DNA of 64,000 nt from an uncultured Candidatus Binatia bacterium (GCA_965215605.1 OZ244070.1:576001-640000); one strand, 5' to 3'. Positions 49,201-58,685 are shown, numbered from the stretch's first letter. The notes: generated from the sequence alone by a model not told the origin. Numbers and translations: made by a program.

Positions 49201-52200
49201 TCAACCGGTGTCCGGCCATAGGTACACCAAGCCGATGGGCTCGACTCGTTGTGCCCGCACTTCGTAGAACTCGCGGATCCGGGCCGGTTCGGTCTTCAGG
49301 TCCTTGTCGAACCGGTCCAGGCGCACGCGCCACGACGCGATGTCGGCCTGAAGCTGGCGCTTCTCGGCTTCACTGAACTCCAGCGTGAGCTGGGTTCCGC
49401 GGCCCTCGTGCTTGCCGAGTTCCGTTTCCACTCGCCGGCGCTGACGTTCCAGGGTCTCCCGAAGCTGCTGTTCCTCCCTTTCGCCACGTGCGCTAAGCCT
49501 GTCCCCAGCGCTCCGGGCCACACCTTCGGCGCGGCCTTCGAGTTGCGGCAGCAGGTCTTCGATATCCTGGGCGGCAATGTCGCGCAGCCTGCGGTGAATC
49601 GTCTCGGTCGGGCCTCGGGCGCTCTGCAAGGCCGTCTCCAGGCGTTCCAGCGTTCGTGCTTCCGCCTCCTCGGCATAGGCCCTGAGCGGCCCGTTGCGGC
49701 GCGACGGCTCGACCCAGCGGGCCGCCACCGGGATCAACTCCTCGTGCAGACGCTCGGCATGGCGCCCGAAGAGACACAGCCGCCCCAGCAGAATCACCCG
49801 AGGGACGGAGTCCGCGGCCTGCACGAGACAGGCGCGGGACAGGTCATGGTAGACGAACCCCTGGGAGCGAAAGCGCGCCAGCAGCCGTTGCGCCATGCGC
49901 TGCTCCAGGTGCAGGTGCACGGTGTCGTCGGTGAGCACGCCCGCGTCCTCGAACACCACCGGACGAATCGGCGCCTGCTGCCGCCACTCCGCGAGCTTCT
50001 GGTCGGTCTTGCGCGGCGCGCGCAACGTGTCCAATGTGGCGGTCCAGCTTGCATCCGCCCGCGCCTTGCCCGCCAGCGGCGGCAGCGTCCAGACCACGCC
50101 GCCCTCGTCGGTACGTGTTTCCTTCAACGGCTCCGCGCCCAGCATCTCCAGGGAACAGGACAGAGCGTTGCGAAAGGGTTGCGCGTCGAACTGCACCCAG
50201 CGGCGGGACTGGTCCAGCAGCCCGCGGCATCGTTCGATCTGCCCCTTCAAGTCGTCCTGCCGTTCGCGGGCGGCTTCCAGTTCCTCGGCCGCTACTCGTC
50301 GCCTTTCACGGTCGAGATCGGCCGCCTCGATGTCGCGCGCGATGCGCTCCGCATCTCCGTGACGGATGCCGTCACGGAGGCGACGCTCCACCTCGTCGTC
50401 GATCACCTTGGAGAGACTGCCGAGCTGCTGCCTGATGGTGGCGGTCTTTTGGACCAGCACTTCAAGCACCCGGTCCTCGGCGCGCTGCGGCAGCACGAAG
50501 TAGTGGCAGCGCACCTTGGGGGCCGGTTGCAGCTTGCGGTCGATGCGGCCGTTGCGCTGTTCGATGCGGCCAGGGTTCCAGGGCAGGTCGAAGTGGAACA
50601 GGTCGGTGCAGTGCGCCTGGAAGTTCAGCCCCTCGCGCGCCGCGTCCGTGGCAATGAGGATGCGCAACGGATCGTGGGCCGGATCGGCGTTGAAGCCGCG
50701 TTGAATCTCCTTGCGCCTGGCGCCGGCGGTCTGGCCGTCGATGGTCTCGATGCGCCCCTCGGCACGGTCGGTGCCGGCAATGGCCTGCTCCAGCATCTCG
50801 CGCAAGTACCGTTTCGTGCCGATCACGTTCTCGGTAAAGATCAGCACCCGCCGTTCGTTCCAGCGCGGCCGGTCGGGACAGAGGTTGTCGTAGATCCAGT
50901 CGATCAAGCGGCGGGTCTTGGCGTCGGGGCGGCCGCGGGCGCCGTTCGCGACTTCGTACATACGGGTCAGGAGGGCCTGCTCCTTGTCCCGGACCGCCTT
51001 TGCTCCTTCATCCGTGGGGGTGCCTTGCTCGGCAGTCTCGTTGATGGCCGTGATCTGCGCCTCTTCCTCGGCCGCATTCTCTTCGTCGGTCTGTTCCGCG
51101 CGTTCGTCGTCCGCGTCCGGCGGTTTTGCGAACAATTTCAAAAATGGTTCGGTCGCCACGGTCTCAACCCGTGTATCCGGGACGTTCTGACCGTCTTCAG
51201 TGTCTTGCGCCCAAAGTCGCTCAACCGTCCTGCGATGCCGCGCGAGCGAGATGGCGAACGCCTCGATGGATGACAGGAGTTTCTGTTGCAGCCCCACCAC
51301 GAGCAAACCGGCCATGGCCTGGGCTCGCGGCCTGGCACCGGCCAGCCGCTGTTCCCGCAAGCCGCGATATTCGTCAAGGAGTCTCGACAGAACAAGTTCC
51401 GGTGCGTCGTCCGGCAGGCCATCGATCCGAACCGGCTCCACGTGCCGTCTGGGGAAGCCGCCCTGTACCTCGCGAATGTCTTCCTTGATGCGCCGGACCA
51501 TGACCTCGTCGAGGTCCTTCTTTCCCCGCACCGGCACCCCGCGGGTAAAACGGTACGGATCAAGCAGCTCAAGCAGCGTGGAGAAGCTGTTGGAGTGGCC
51601 GTTGTGGGGAGTGGCGGACAGGAACAGGCGGTGCTCGAAGCGGCCGCCGAGATCACGGACCGCCCGGGTGAACTTCGACTCGATGCCGTAACGCCCACCA
51701 CTCGACGGTGCGGCATGGTGGGCCTCGTCGAGGATGAGCAGGCTGCCGGGCAGAAGAGCCCCGAGCCACTCGCGCATCGGATCGGCGTAGGCCGGGTCGA
51801 TGAGCAGGTTGTGGGACACCAGGAACCGGCTGTGGGTGCGCCAGGGATTCACGCCGAAGCCGCGGTCCTGTCGCACTTGCGTGAGGTAGGCGCGGTCGAG
51901 GATCGCGAACAGCAGGCCGAAACGCTCCTCCATCTCGGCCTTCCACTGCTCCAGCACCGAGGCGGGGGCGGCGACAACAATCGTCTTGACCTTCTTGCGC
52001 AGCAGCAACTCCCGCGCGATGAGGCCGGCCTCAATGGTCTTCCCAAGGCCGGTATCGTCCGCGATGAACAGGTTGACCCGCGGCAGTCGAAGCGCCTTGC
52101 GGAGCGGCTCCATCTGGTAGGCGTCGATCTTGATGCCGGCCCGGAACGGCGACTGGAAGAGATTCGGGTCGGTGGCGGTGATGCAATTCCAGCGCAGCGT

Positions 52201-52467
52201 GTGGAGGAACGCGCTGAAGTGGCGGGGCGCGTCGAACCCCTTGGCGCCGATGGCGTTCCACGCCTCCACCTCAAGGATGCGCCGGTCGATCTCGAATTCC
52301 CAGTAGACCTCCAGGGTCTGCCCCTGGGCGTCGTCGTCCGCGCAGGCGAGGCTGACGCGACCCGATTCCGGCTCGATCGCCTCCACGAGCCAGCGCCGCG
52401 AACGCACCTCGACGAGTTCCCCGACGTCGGGCAAGCGTTCGGGCAATAGTCGGGCGGCATCTTCCAA
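49201..52467 (-). CDS. drmD: DISARM SNF2-like helicase DrmD
   Basis: GELVEVRSRRWLVE N-terminus, IADDTGLGKT, DEAHH, SATPHNG, WNPGRIEQRNGRIDR, and C-terminal EPIGLVYLWP. Start is uncertain (TTG 52467; frame open to 52551). Confidence 0.88.
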   Translation of the reverse strand: MEDAARLLPERLPDVGELVEVRSRRWLVEAIEPESGRVSLACADDDAQGQTLEVYWEFEIDRRILEVEAWNAIGAKGFDAPRHFSAFLHTLRWNCITATDPNLFQSPFRAGIKIDAYQMEPLRKALRLPRVNLFIADDTGLGKTIEAGLIARELLLRKKVKTIVVAAPASVLEQWKAEMEERFGLLFAILDRAYLTQVRQDRGFGVNPWRTHSRFLVSHNLLIDPAYADPMREWLGALLPGSLLILDEAHHAAPSSGGRYGIESKFTRAVRDLGGRFEHRLFLSATPHNGHSNSFSTLLELLDPYRFTRGVPVRGKKDLDEVMVRRIKEDIREVQGGFPRRHVEPVRIDGLPDDAPELVLSRLLDEYRGLREQRLAGARPRAQAMAGLLVVGLQQKLLSSIEAFAISLARHRRTVERLWAQDTEDGQNVPDTRVETVATEPFLKLFAKPPDADDERAEQTDEENAAEEEAQITAINETAEQGTPTDEGAKAVRDKEQALLTRMYEVANGARGRPDAKTRRLIDWIYDNLCPDRPRWNERRVLIFTENVIGTKRYLREMLEQAIAGTDRAEGRIETIDGQTAGARRKEIQRGFNADPAHDPLRILIATDAAREGLNFQAHCTDLFHFDLPWNPGRIEQRNGRIDRKLQPAPKVRCHYFVLPQRAEDRVLEVLVQKTATIRQQLGSLSKVIDDEVERRLRDGIRHGDAERIARDIEAADLDRERRRVAAEELEAARERQDDLKGQIERCRGLLDQSRRWVQFDAQPFRNALSCSLEMLGAEPLKETRTDEGGVVWTLPPLAGKARADASWTATLDTLRAPRKTDQKLAEWRQQAPIRPVVFEDAGVLTDDTVHLHLEQRMAQRLLARFRSQGFVYHDLSRACLVQAADSVPRVILLGRLCLFGRHAERLHEELIPVAARWVEPSRRNGPLRAYAEEAEARTLERLETALQSARGPTETIHRRLRDIAAQDIEDLLPQLEGRAEGVARSAGDRLSARGEREEQQLRETLERQRRRVETELGKHEGRGTQLTLEFSEAEKRQLQADIASWRVRLDRFDKDLKTEPARIREFYEVRAQRVEPIGLVYLWPDTG

Positions 52468-52551
52468 GGGCGTTCTCTCAAGTGGTGCGGGCAAGTCTGT
52501 AGTTGCTTTATCATATCCGCTGAAGTTCCGAGAATCGGCCAAATTGGCCAA

Positions 52552-52590
52552 TTATTATGTTGTCAAACATAATGCCATTCTACATAATAA
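52552..52590. promoter_or_regulatory. AT-rich inverted repeats in the divergent drmD / ATPase promoter region
   Basis: ATTATGTT (52554-61)/AACATAAT (52566-73) and TTATTATGT (52552-60)/ACATAATAA (52582-90). Confidence 0.55.
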
Positions 52591-52594
52591 GGAG

Positions 52595-53980
52595 ATGCAG
52601 TTCCTCGATCGCCGCCACGAGATGAAGCGGTTGGACAATGTGCTGACACGGACTGGGGCATTCGCCGTCATCTGGGGGCGCCGCAGGATCGGCAAGTCGC
52701 GCCTGCTCATTGAATGGTCGCGGCGCCACCGGGGCCTGTACACGGTCGCGGATCAGTCCGCCCCGGCGGTGCAGCGGCGCTACCTGGCGGAAGCGGTCGC
52801 TGAACGATTCCCCGGTTTTGCGGACGTCGAGTACCCGGACTGGCGCTCGTTTCTGACGCGGCTTTCTGCCGACGCCGACCGCGCCGGCTGGCAAGGTCCG
52901 TGGGTGCTGGACGAGCTTCCCTACCTCATCGACGCGGACCCCACTCTGGCCGGGGTCTTGCAGAACTGGCTGGACCGCCCGGAGCGGCGGTTGCGCCTGG
53001 TCGTGTGCGGGTCGAGTCAGCGCATGATGCACAGCTTGATACTCGATGCTGCCGCGCCGCTCTGCGGCCGGGCTGCCGAAGCCTTTGGGGTCCGCCCCCT
53101 GCCGGCGGGGCATCTCGCCGAGGCTTTCCCCTTCGACAAGCATCACGACCTGGTAACCGTCTATGCGCTGTGGGGAGGCATACCTCGTTACTGGGAGCTT
53201 GCCGAACCTTTCGGAAACGACATCGAAGCCGCGGTGGACACTCTGGTTCTCGACGCCGCGGGCCCCCTGCATGCAGAACCTGATCGGCTGTTGCGGGAGG
53301 AGACCCCTCCAGCTACGGCGTTGCGCCCCTTGCTGGACGTCATCGGCAACGGGGCGCACCGGGTCCGCGAGATCGCGGGCCGTCTTGGCAAGCCCGCCTC
53401 CAGCCTGTCGAGACCGCTGGCATCGCTCACGGAGATGGGGCTGCTGCGCCGCGAAACGCCGTTCGGAACCGACCCGAAGTCCGGCAAACGCAGCCTCTAC
53501 CGAATCGACGACCCCTTTCTGCGCCTGTGGTTTCGGGTGGTCGCGCCCCATCGAGCGGTGCTGGCCGCCACGCCCCCGGAGACCCGGCTCGCATACTGGC
53601 GGCGGCACCGGCGCGGCCTTGAGGCTCTTGCCTGGGAGGAACTGTGCCGCCGGGCGGTGCCCCTCCTTCACCGTTCCGATACGACCCTGGGCCGGCTGGG
53701 TCCGTGGGAGCCCGCGCAACGATACTGGCGGGGCGATGCGCCGGAACTCGACATCGTCGCGCGCTCGGTTGACGGGAAACGATTGCTGGTGGGCGAGGCC
53801 AAGTCGACGACGCGCCCGGCTACGGCCTCCGCCGCCTCGCGCGTTCACGCGGGTGACCTGGCCGGCGCTGAAGGTGCCGATGTTTGTCAAGCGCTGTTCG
53901 TTCCGGAGAGCGTGGCCGCGGACGCCCGGAACGGCATCCATATCGTCGATGCGCGGACGGTCATGAGCGTGCTGAGATAG
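52595..53980 (+). CDS. archaeal-type AAA ATPase (ATPase_2) with wHTH and C-terminal DUF234/PD-(D/E)XK-like domain
   Basis: FLDRRHE, GRRRIGKS, LDELPY, CGSS, GGIPRY, YRIDDPFLRLWFR, ELDIVA...GEAK. Confidence 0.85.
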   Translation: MQFLDRRHEMKRLDNVLTRTGAFAVIWGRRRIGKSRLLIEWSRRHRGLYTVADQSAPAVQRRYLAEAVAERFPGFADVEYPDWRSFLTRLSADADRAGWQGPWVLDELPYLIDADPTLAGVLQNWLDRPERRLRLVVCGSSQRMMHSLILDAAAPLCGRAAEAFGVRPLPAGHLAEAFPFDKHHDLVTVYALWGGIPRYWELAEPFGNDIEAAVDTLVLDAAGPLHAEPDRLLREETPPATALRPLLDVIGNGAHRVREIAGRLGKPASSLSRPLASLTEMGLLRRETPFGTDPKSGKRSLYRIDDPFLRLWFRVVAPHRAVLAATPPETRLAYWRRHRRGLEALAWEELCRRAVPLLHRSDTTLGRLGPWEPAQRYWRGDAPELDIVARSVDGKRLLVGEAKSTTRPATASAASRVHAGDLAGAEGADVCQALFVPESVAADARNGIHIVDARTVMSVLR

Positions 53981-54108
53981 GCAACAAGCACGGCGTCGTC
54001 TGGCCCTCCAGGGCAAAGTGGAGTATACGGTGAAGGGACGCACCGGAGACGGACCGGACGCGGCCCGGTCGACGGAACGGCACGTCCCACACCGAGGGAG
54101 GGATTCGA

Positions 54109-54357
54109 ATGGGCTTGGCATACGATGATCTGATCGAGCCGGTGATCGTCCGGCAGGAGTCCAAGAGCCGCTTCTACTGCATGTGCGGGCGGACCCGGAA
54201 CTTCCCGTTCTGCGACGGGTCGCACAAGGTGACGTCCATCACGCCCCGGGAAATCACGGTGGACGAGCCCCGGACCATGGCCATCTGCGCGTGCTGGCGG
54301 TCGAAGACACGGCCGTATTGCGACGGCACCCACGGCAAGCTGGTGGCGCCCAAGTAG
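54109..54357 (+). CDS. CDGSH iron-sulfur protein with two motifs
   Basis: CMCGRTRNFPFCDGSH and CACWRSKTRPYCDGTH. Confidence 0.88.
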   Translation: MGLAYDDLIEPVIVRQESKSRFYCMCGRTRNFPFCDGSHKVTSITPREITVDEPRTMAICACWRSKTRPYCDGTHGKLVAPK

Positions 54358-54390
54358 CCACCCTATCGGAAGCAGCAGGAGGATACGCGC

Positions 54391-54777
54391 ATGTACGAGG
54401 TAAAGAACGCTATCGAGGAGGCCAAGGCCAACCCGGATATCCGCCATCTTTCGTTGTGGCGCACGGACCTGACCTATTTCTGGACCATCAACTGCGAAGA
54501 GAACATGCAGGACGACATGCACTATCACGAGAACGACGACCATATCTTCATGGTCCTCGAAGGAGAGTGCACGGTGCGGACGCCGGAGGACGAGTTCGTC
54601 CTGAAGCCCCACGACATGATCCTGCTGGAATCGGGCAAACCCTACCAACTCTGCAATACCGGCGAAGGTCGCCTGATCCTCTTCGGGGCGGGCAACTCGC
54701 AGGTCGACGGCAAGCCGCGCACACGGGTGCCGAAGCGGCCCAGCCACATACCGGTGAGGCAACCGATCATCGCGTAG
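54391..54777 (+). CDS. cupin-domain protein
   Basis: MHYHENDDHIFMVLEG cupin motif 1; GGAGG RBS. Confidence 0.8.
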   Translation: MYEVKNAIEEAKANPDIRHLSLWRTDLTYFWTINCEENMQDDMHYHENDDHIFMVLEGECTVRTPEDEFVLKPHDMILLESGKPYQLCNTGEGRLILFGAGNSQVDGKPRTRVPKRPSHIPVRQPIIA

Positions 54778-54826
54778 AAATCTGTTCCGCGCCCACGCGG
54801 AAGCGCAGACTTCGAAGGAGGACGAC

Positions 54827-55390
54827 ATGTTGCGACTACTGTCTTACGGCCCTTGACCTTACGCCCACAGGACAAGGCTTGTCCTGGCGGAAAAAGACAT
54901 CCCTTACGACCTGGTGGAGTGCGATCTCCGGAACAAGTCCGAGGAGCTCGTCACCCTCAACCCCTACGGCAAAGTGCCGGTGCTGGTGGACGGGGACACG
55001 GTGATCTACGAATCCGCCGTCATCAACGAGTACCTGGATGAGAAATTTCCCGAGGTGCCGCTGATGCCCAAGGACCTGGCGCAGCGGGCGCAGGTGCGGA
55101 TCTGGATTGACTTCTGCAACACCCGGCTTCAAGCCGCCGCGGGCAACATCCGGCACGACCACGAGGTCGAGAAGAACAGGAAGCGCCTGGCGGAGCACCT
55201 AGCCACGCTGGACGAGCAGATGGCCGGCAAGGACTTCATCGTCGACGACTATTCGCTGGCGGACATCACCTATGTCCCGTTCTTCACCCGGGAAGACCAC
55301 TACAAGGTGTCCATCGGTGATGAGTTCCCCAACGTGAAGCGCTGGCGCGAGGGACTGCTGGAGCGGCCGAAGGTGAAGTCGACGCCGTAG
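54827..55390 (+). CDS. glutathione S-transferase family protein, probable selenoprotein (UPYA active site)
   Basis: AAGGAGGA RBS and ATG 54827 give MLRLLSYGP-[TGA 54854-56]-PYAHRTRLVLAEKDIPY, in frame with ORF 54914..55390 (LNPYGKVPVL, ESAVINEYLDE, SLADI). Confidence 0.85.
54862..54889 (+). promoter_or_regulatory. bacterial SECIS-like hairpin
   Basis: CAGGACAA (54868-75)/TTGTCCTG (54879-86) stem with a GGC loop 19 nt after the UGA, plus a lower CGC/GCG stem. Confidence 0.75.
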
Positions 55391-55415
55391 AGCGCTGACA
55401 TCGGTGCTGACGTCG

Positions 55416-56336
55416 ATGAAGGGCTCCCCCACACCACCCCGCCTGGATTCCCGCTTTCGCGGGAATGACGAAGGGGTACGCGGGGTTCACGGGGCGGGGC
55501 TGGGGAATGACCCTCGTGGGGACGCCGAACTGGCGCAAAAGGTGGCCGGGCTTCAGGCGCTGCTGAGAGAGATGGGCCAGGCGGTGGTCTGTTTCTCCGG
55601 CGGCGTCGACTCCGGCTACCTGCTGGCCGAGGCCGTGAACGCCCTCGGCGACAACGCCCTGGCGCTCACCGCGGTCTCCCCGAGCCTCGCGCCCGAGGAG
55701 GGCGCCGACGCCCGGAGCCTGGCCGAGAGCATCGGCGCCAGGCATCTGCTCATCGACACCTACGAGCTGGACGACCCGCGCTACGCCGCCAACCCCGCCA
55801 ACCGCTGCTACTTCTGCAAGACCGAGCTCTACGGCAAGGCCATCGAGGAGGCCGCCTCCCTGGGCATCGCCCACGTGCTGGACGGCTTCAACGTGGACGA
55901 CCGCGGCGACCACCGTCCCGGCCGCAAGGCCGCCCGCGAGCGTCGTGTCCGCTCTCCGCTGGACGAGCTGGGCTTCACCAAGGCCGATATCCGCGAAGCG
56001 GCCCGGCGCATGGGTCTCTCGGTGTGGGACAAACCCGCCCTGGCCTGCCTTTCCAGCCGCTTCCCCTACGGCACCGCCATCACTCCGGAAAAGCTCACCC
56101 AGGTGAACCGCTGCGAGCGCGTGCTGCGGGAGCTCGGCTTCCGCATCTACCGGGTCCGCTACCATGACGAGCTGGCACGCATCGAGACGGCCCCGGACGA
56201 GTTCGAGAACCTGTTCCGGCCGGGCGTCCGCGAGGAGATTCTGCGCCGCTTCAAGGACGCCGGCTTCACCTACGTCAGCATCGACCTGCAGGGCTACCGC
56301 ACGGGTTCCCTCAACGAAAACCTGAAGAAGCAGTAA
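55416..56336 (+). CDS. larE: ATP-dependent sacrificial sulfur transferase LarE-like
   Basis: PP-loop FSGGVDS, NRCYFCK, DHRPGRKAA, ACLSSRFPYG, DLQGYRTGSLN. Start is uncertain (55404, 55416 or 55542). Confidence 0.85.
   Translation: MKGSPTPPRLDSRFRGNDEGVRGVHGAGLGNDPRGDAELAQKVAGLQALLREMGQAVVCFSGGVDSGYLLAEAVNALGDNALALTAVSPSLAPEEGADARSLAESIGARHLLIDTYELDDPRYAANPANRCYFCKTELYGKAIEEAASLGIAHVLDGFNVDDRGDHRPGRKAARERRVRSPLDELGFTKADIREAARRMGLSVWDKPALACLSSRFPYGTAITPEKLTQVNRCERVLRELGFRIYRVRYHDELARIETAPDEFENLFRPGVREEILRRFKDAGFTYVSIDLQGYRTGSLNENLKKQ
55443..55470. repeat. ATTCCC-N8-GGGAAT palindromic repeat (dRS3/RPE/REP-like; 'VIPAKAGIQ' / 'LDSRFRGND' type)
   Basis: CTGGATTCCCGCTTTCGCGGGAATGACG, with a partial second copy GGGGAATGAC at 55502-55511. 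Confidence 0.8.
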
Positions 56337-56345
56337 CGCGCCGCC

Positions 56346-57155
56346 TCACCGCACCTCGAGGACGGCGGAGAGGAACTGCTGGGTGCGTTCGTTCCTGGGG
56401 TTCTCGAAGATCTCGTCGGGGGCGCCCTGCTCGGCGATCTTTCCCTCGTAGAGGAAACAGACCCGGTCGGAGATCTCCCGGGCGAAGCCCATCTGGTGGG
56501 TGACCATCAGCATGGTGAGGTTGTGCTCGCTGTTGAGCCGGCGGATGACGTTCAGTACCTCGCCGATGACCTCCGGGTCCAGGGCGGAGGTGACCTCGTC
56601 CAGCAGCATGACCTTGGGCCGCATGGCCAGCGCCCGGGCGATGGCCACCCGCTGCTGCTGCCCGCCCGAGAGACGCGAGGGATGCTGATCCTTCTTGTCC
56701 TCCAACCCTACCATCTCCAGGAGCTGCACGGCCCTCGCTTCCGCCTCGTCCTTGCGGAGGCCCAGCACCTGCACCGGCGCCTCCATGCAGTTCTCCAGCG
56801 CGGTCATGTGCGGGAACAGGTTGAAGTGCTGGAACACCATGCCGATGTTCATGCGCTGCTTGCGCAGGTGCGCCGCGTTGGCCTTCACCAGAACGCCGTC
56901 CCGTTCCATGTGCGTCAGCGGCTGGCCTTCCACGTAGATGACGCCGTCGTCGATTTCCTCCAGGGTCATGAGCACGCGCAACACGCTGGTCTTGCCCGCG
57001 CCGGAAGGCCCGATGATGCACACCATCTCGTTGGCGGCGACGTCGAGGTCCAAGGCATCCAGAACGGTGAGGGACCCATACCGTTTTGTGACCTTGCTGA
57101 AGCGGACCATGGGCCCGTTGGACCCGAGACTCGTGGGGTGGGCAGATTCAGTCAC
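56346..57155 (-). CDS. ehuA: ectoine/hydroxyectoine-type polar amino acid ABC ATPase
   Basis: GPSGAGKT, RVLMTLE, LSGGQQQRV, DEVTSALDPE; GGGAGG RBS before GTG 57155. Confidence 0.85.
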   Translation of the reverse strand: MTESAHPTSLGSNGPMVRFSKVTKRYGSLTVLDALDLDVAANEMVCIIGPSGAGKTSVLRVLMTLEEIDDGVIYVEGQPLTHMERDGVLVKANAAHLRKQRMNIGMVFQHFNLFPHMTALENCMEAPVQVLGLRKDEAEARAVQLLEMVGLEDKKDQHPSRLSGGQQQRVAIARALAMRPKVMLLDEVTSALDPEVIGEVLNVIRRLNSEHNLTMLMVTHQMGFAREISDRVCFLYEGKIAEQGAPDEIFENPRNERTQQFLSAVLEVR

Positions 57156-57207
57156 GGCATCCTCCCGGAACGGCGCAATCGCGTGCGTTCCCACGTTGGC
57201 CCATGGG

Positions 57208-57879
57208 TCACCGCCCCATCCCGAAGGCTCGCCGGACCCAAGCCTCGAAGAAGCGCAACCCGGCGGCCGCCGGCAACGAGATGGCCAGGAATATCACGCC
57301 CACCATCGTATAAGGCTCCAGGAAACGATAGGTCTCCGAGCCGATGGCGTTGGCGGCGTGCAAAAGCTCGGTGACGGCGATGACCGACAGCATGGGGGTG
57401 TCCTTGAAGATCCCCACCAGGTAGTTGCCCATGCCGGGCAGGGCGGCCGGCAGCGCCTGCGGGATGATGATCCGGAAGTAGGTGCGGGCCGTGCTCAGAT
57501 GGAGCGCCCGGCACGCCTCCCATTGCCCCCTGGGCACGGCCTCGAGGCCTCCCCGGTAGACTTCCGAAAGATACGCCGCGTAGTGGAGCCCGATGGCGAT
57601 CATTCCCGAGGTCCATGGCGAAAGCCGAATGCCGAACTGGGGACCTACGTAGAACACGAAGAAGATCTGCAGCACCAGAGGCGTCGAGCGGATGAACTCG
57701 ACGGACTCGCGCACCACCATGGTCAGGGGACGCCATGGAGTACGCTGCGCCAGGCAGAAGACCAGCCCCAACACCAAGGCGATGCCGTACCCGATACCCG
57801 CCGCCATCAGGGTGTTGAGCGTCGCCCACAGGAGCCGCGGCAGAATCTCGAACGTGAAGTCCCAGCGCCAATCGAACAT
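57208..57879 (-). CDS. ehuD: ectoine-type ABC permease
   Basis: WRWDFTFEILP, EFIRSTPLVLQ, EVYRGG..VPRGQWEA, FKDTP. Confidence 0.82.
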   Translation of the reverse strand: MFDWRWDFTFEILPRLLWATLNTLMAAGIGYGIALVLGLVFCLAQRTPWRPLTMVVRESVEFIRSTPLVLQIFFVFYVGPQFGIRLSPWTSGMIAIGLHYAAYLSEVYRGGLEAVPRGQWEACRALHLSTARTYFRIIIPQALPAALPGMGNYLVGIFKDTPMLSVIAVTELLHAANAIGSETYRFLEPYTMVGVIFLAISLPAAAGLRFFEAWVRRAFGMGR

Positions 57880-58544
57880 CACCCACGCCCCATCTTGCGC
57901 GCCATCATGCCCTCCAGCCAGCGCATGGAAGGCGAGATCAAGAGCCGCGCCATGACGTAGTAGATCACCAGCGCGGTGCCGAACGCCTCGGCCGACAGAA
58001 ACGTGTAACCGTTGATCTGCTTGGCCTGAAACATGAGGTCGGTCACCGAGATCAGGGCCACCAGCGCGGTGGCCTTGAGGAGCTCGATCAGGAGGTTGCC
58101 CCAGGGCGGGAGCATGATCAGGAAGGCCTGGGGCAGGATGATGCGCTGCATCCGCGTCCAGGGCGACAGGTTAAGCGCCAGCGCGGCCTCATATTGACCC
58201 CGGGGCACGGCCTGGATGGCGCCCCGCACCACCTCCGCCCCATAGGCGCCCAGGTTCATCCCCACCGCCACGAAACCGGCGACGAACTTCTCAAGGGTGA
58301 GCCCGAACAGGGGCAGCACGAAGAAGATCCAGTAGAGCTGGATGAGGAGCGAGGTGCCGCGGAAGACCTCGATGTAGCACGTGGCCGTGCCGCGCACCGC
58401 GGCGTTGGGCGAAAGCCGCATCAGCCCCATCACCAAAGCGATGACCACCGCCAGCGCCGCCGCCAGCACGGTCTGCTGCGCCGTCACCACGACACCTTCG
58501 GCCAAGCGCCAACCGTGTGTCGCGAGGAAGTCGAAGTAGGACAT
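57879..58544 (-). CDS. ehuC: ectoine-type ABC permease
   Basis: YIEVFRGTSLLIQLYWIFFVLP, AYGAEVVRGAI, LIELLKAT. Confidence 0.82.
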   Translation of the reverse strand: MSYFDFLATHGWRLAEGVVVTAQQTVLAAALAVVIALVMGLMRLSPNAAVRGTATCYIEVFRGTSLLIQLYWIFFVLPLFGLTLEKFVAGFVAVGMNLGAYGAEVVRGAIQAVPRGQYEAALALNLSPWTRMQRIILPQAFLIMLPPWGNLLIELLKATALVALISVTDLMFQAKQINGYTFLSAEAFGTALVIYYVMARLLISPSMRWLEGMMARKMGRG

Positions 58545-58685
58545 CGGGTTCACCCGCCAGCGCGATCAGGAGCGGTCACGCGTCCGGATCAACAGCGGTC
58601 GCGGTCATGCGCGGCCGCACACCGGTTTCAAGCAGCGGGGCCCGGGCCGCTGCCGCCTTACCCCGTGGGCGGGGCCGCGGCGGGC

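Larger units (their letters stand above)
32762..53980. other. anti-phage defence island (class 1 DISARM backbone with nested modules)
   Basis: Contiguous defence-type genes between housekeeping nuoA and the CDGSH gene; less biased codon usage and visibly lower GC around 39.5-45.8 kb. No integrase or tRNA seen. Confidence 0.85.

Noticed and set aside
54827-55390. GST as a nonsense pseudogene or a 158-aa truncated protein
   Set aside because: The stop is TGA exactly at the catalytic Cys position and is followed by a SECIS-like hairpin; the rest of the gene is intact.
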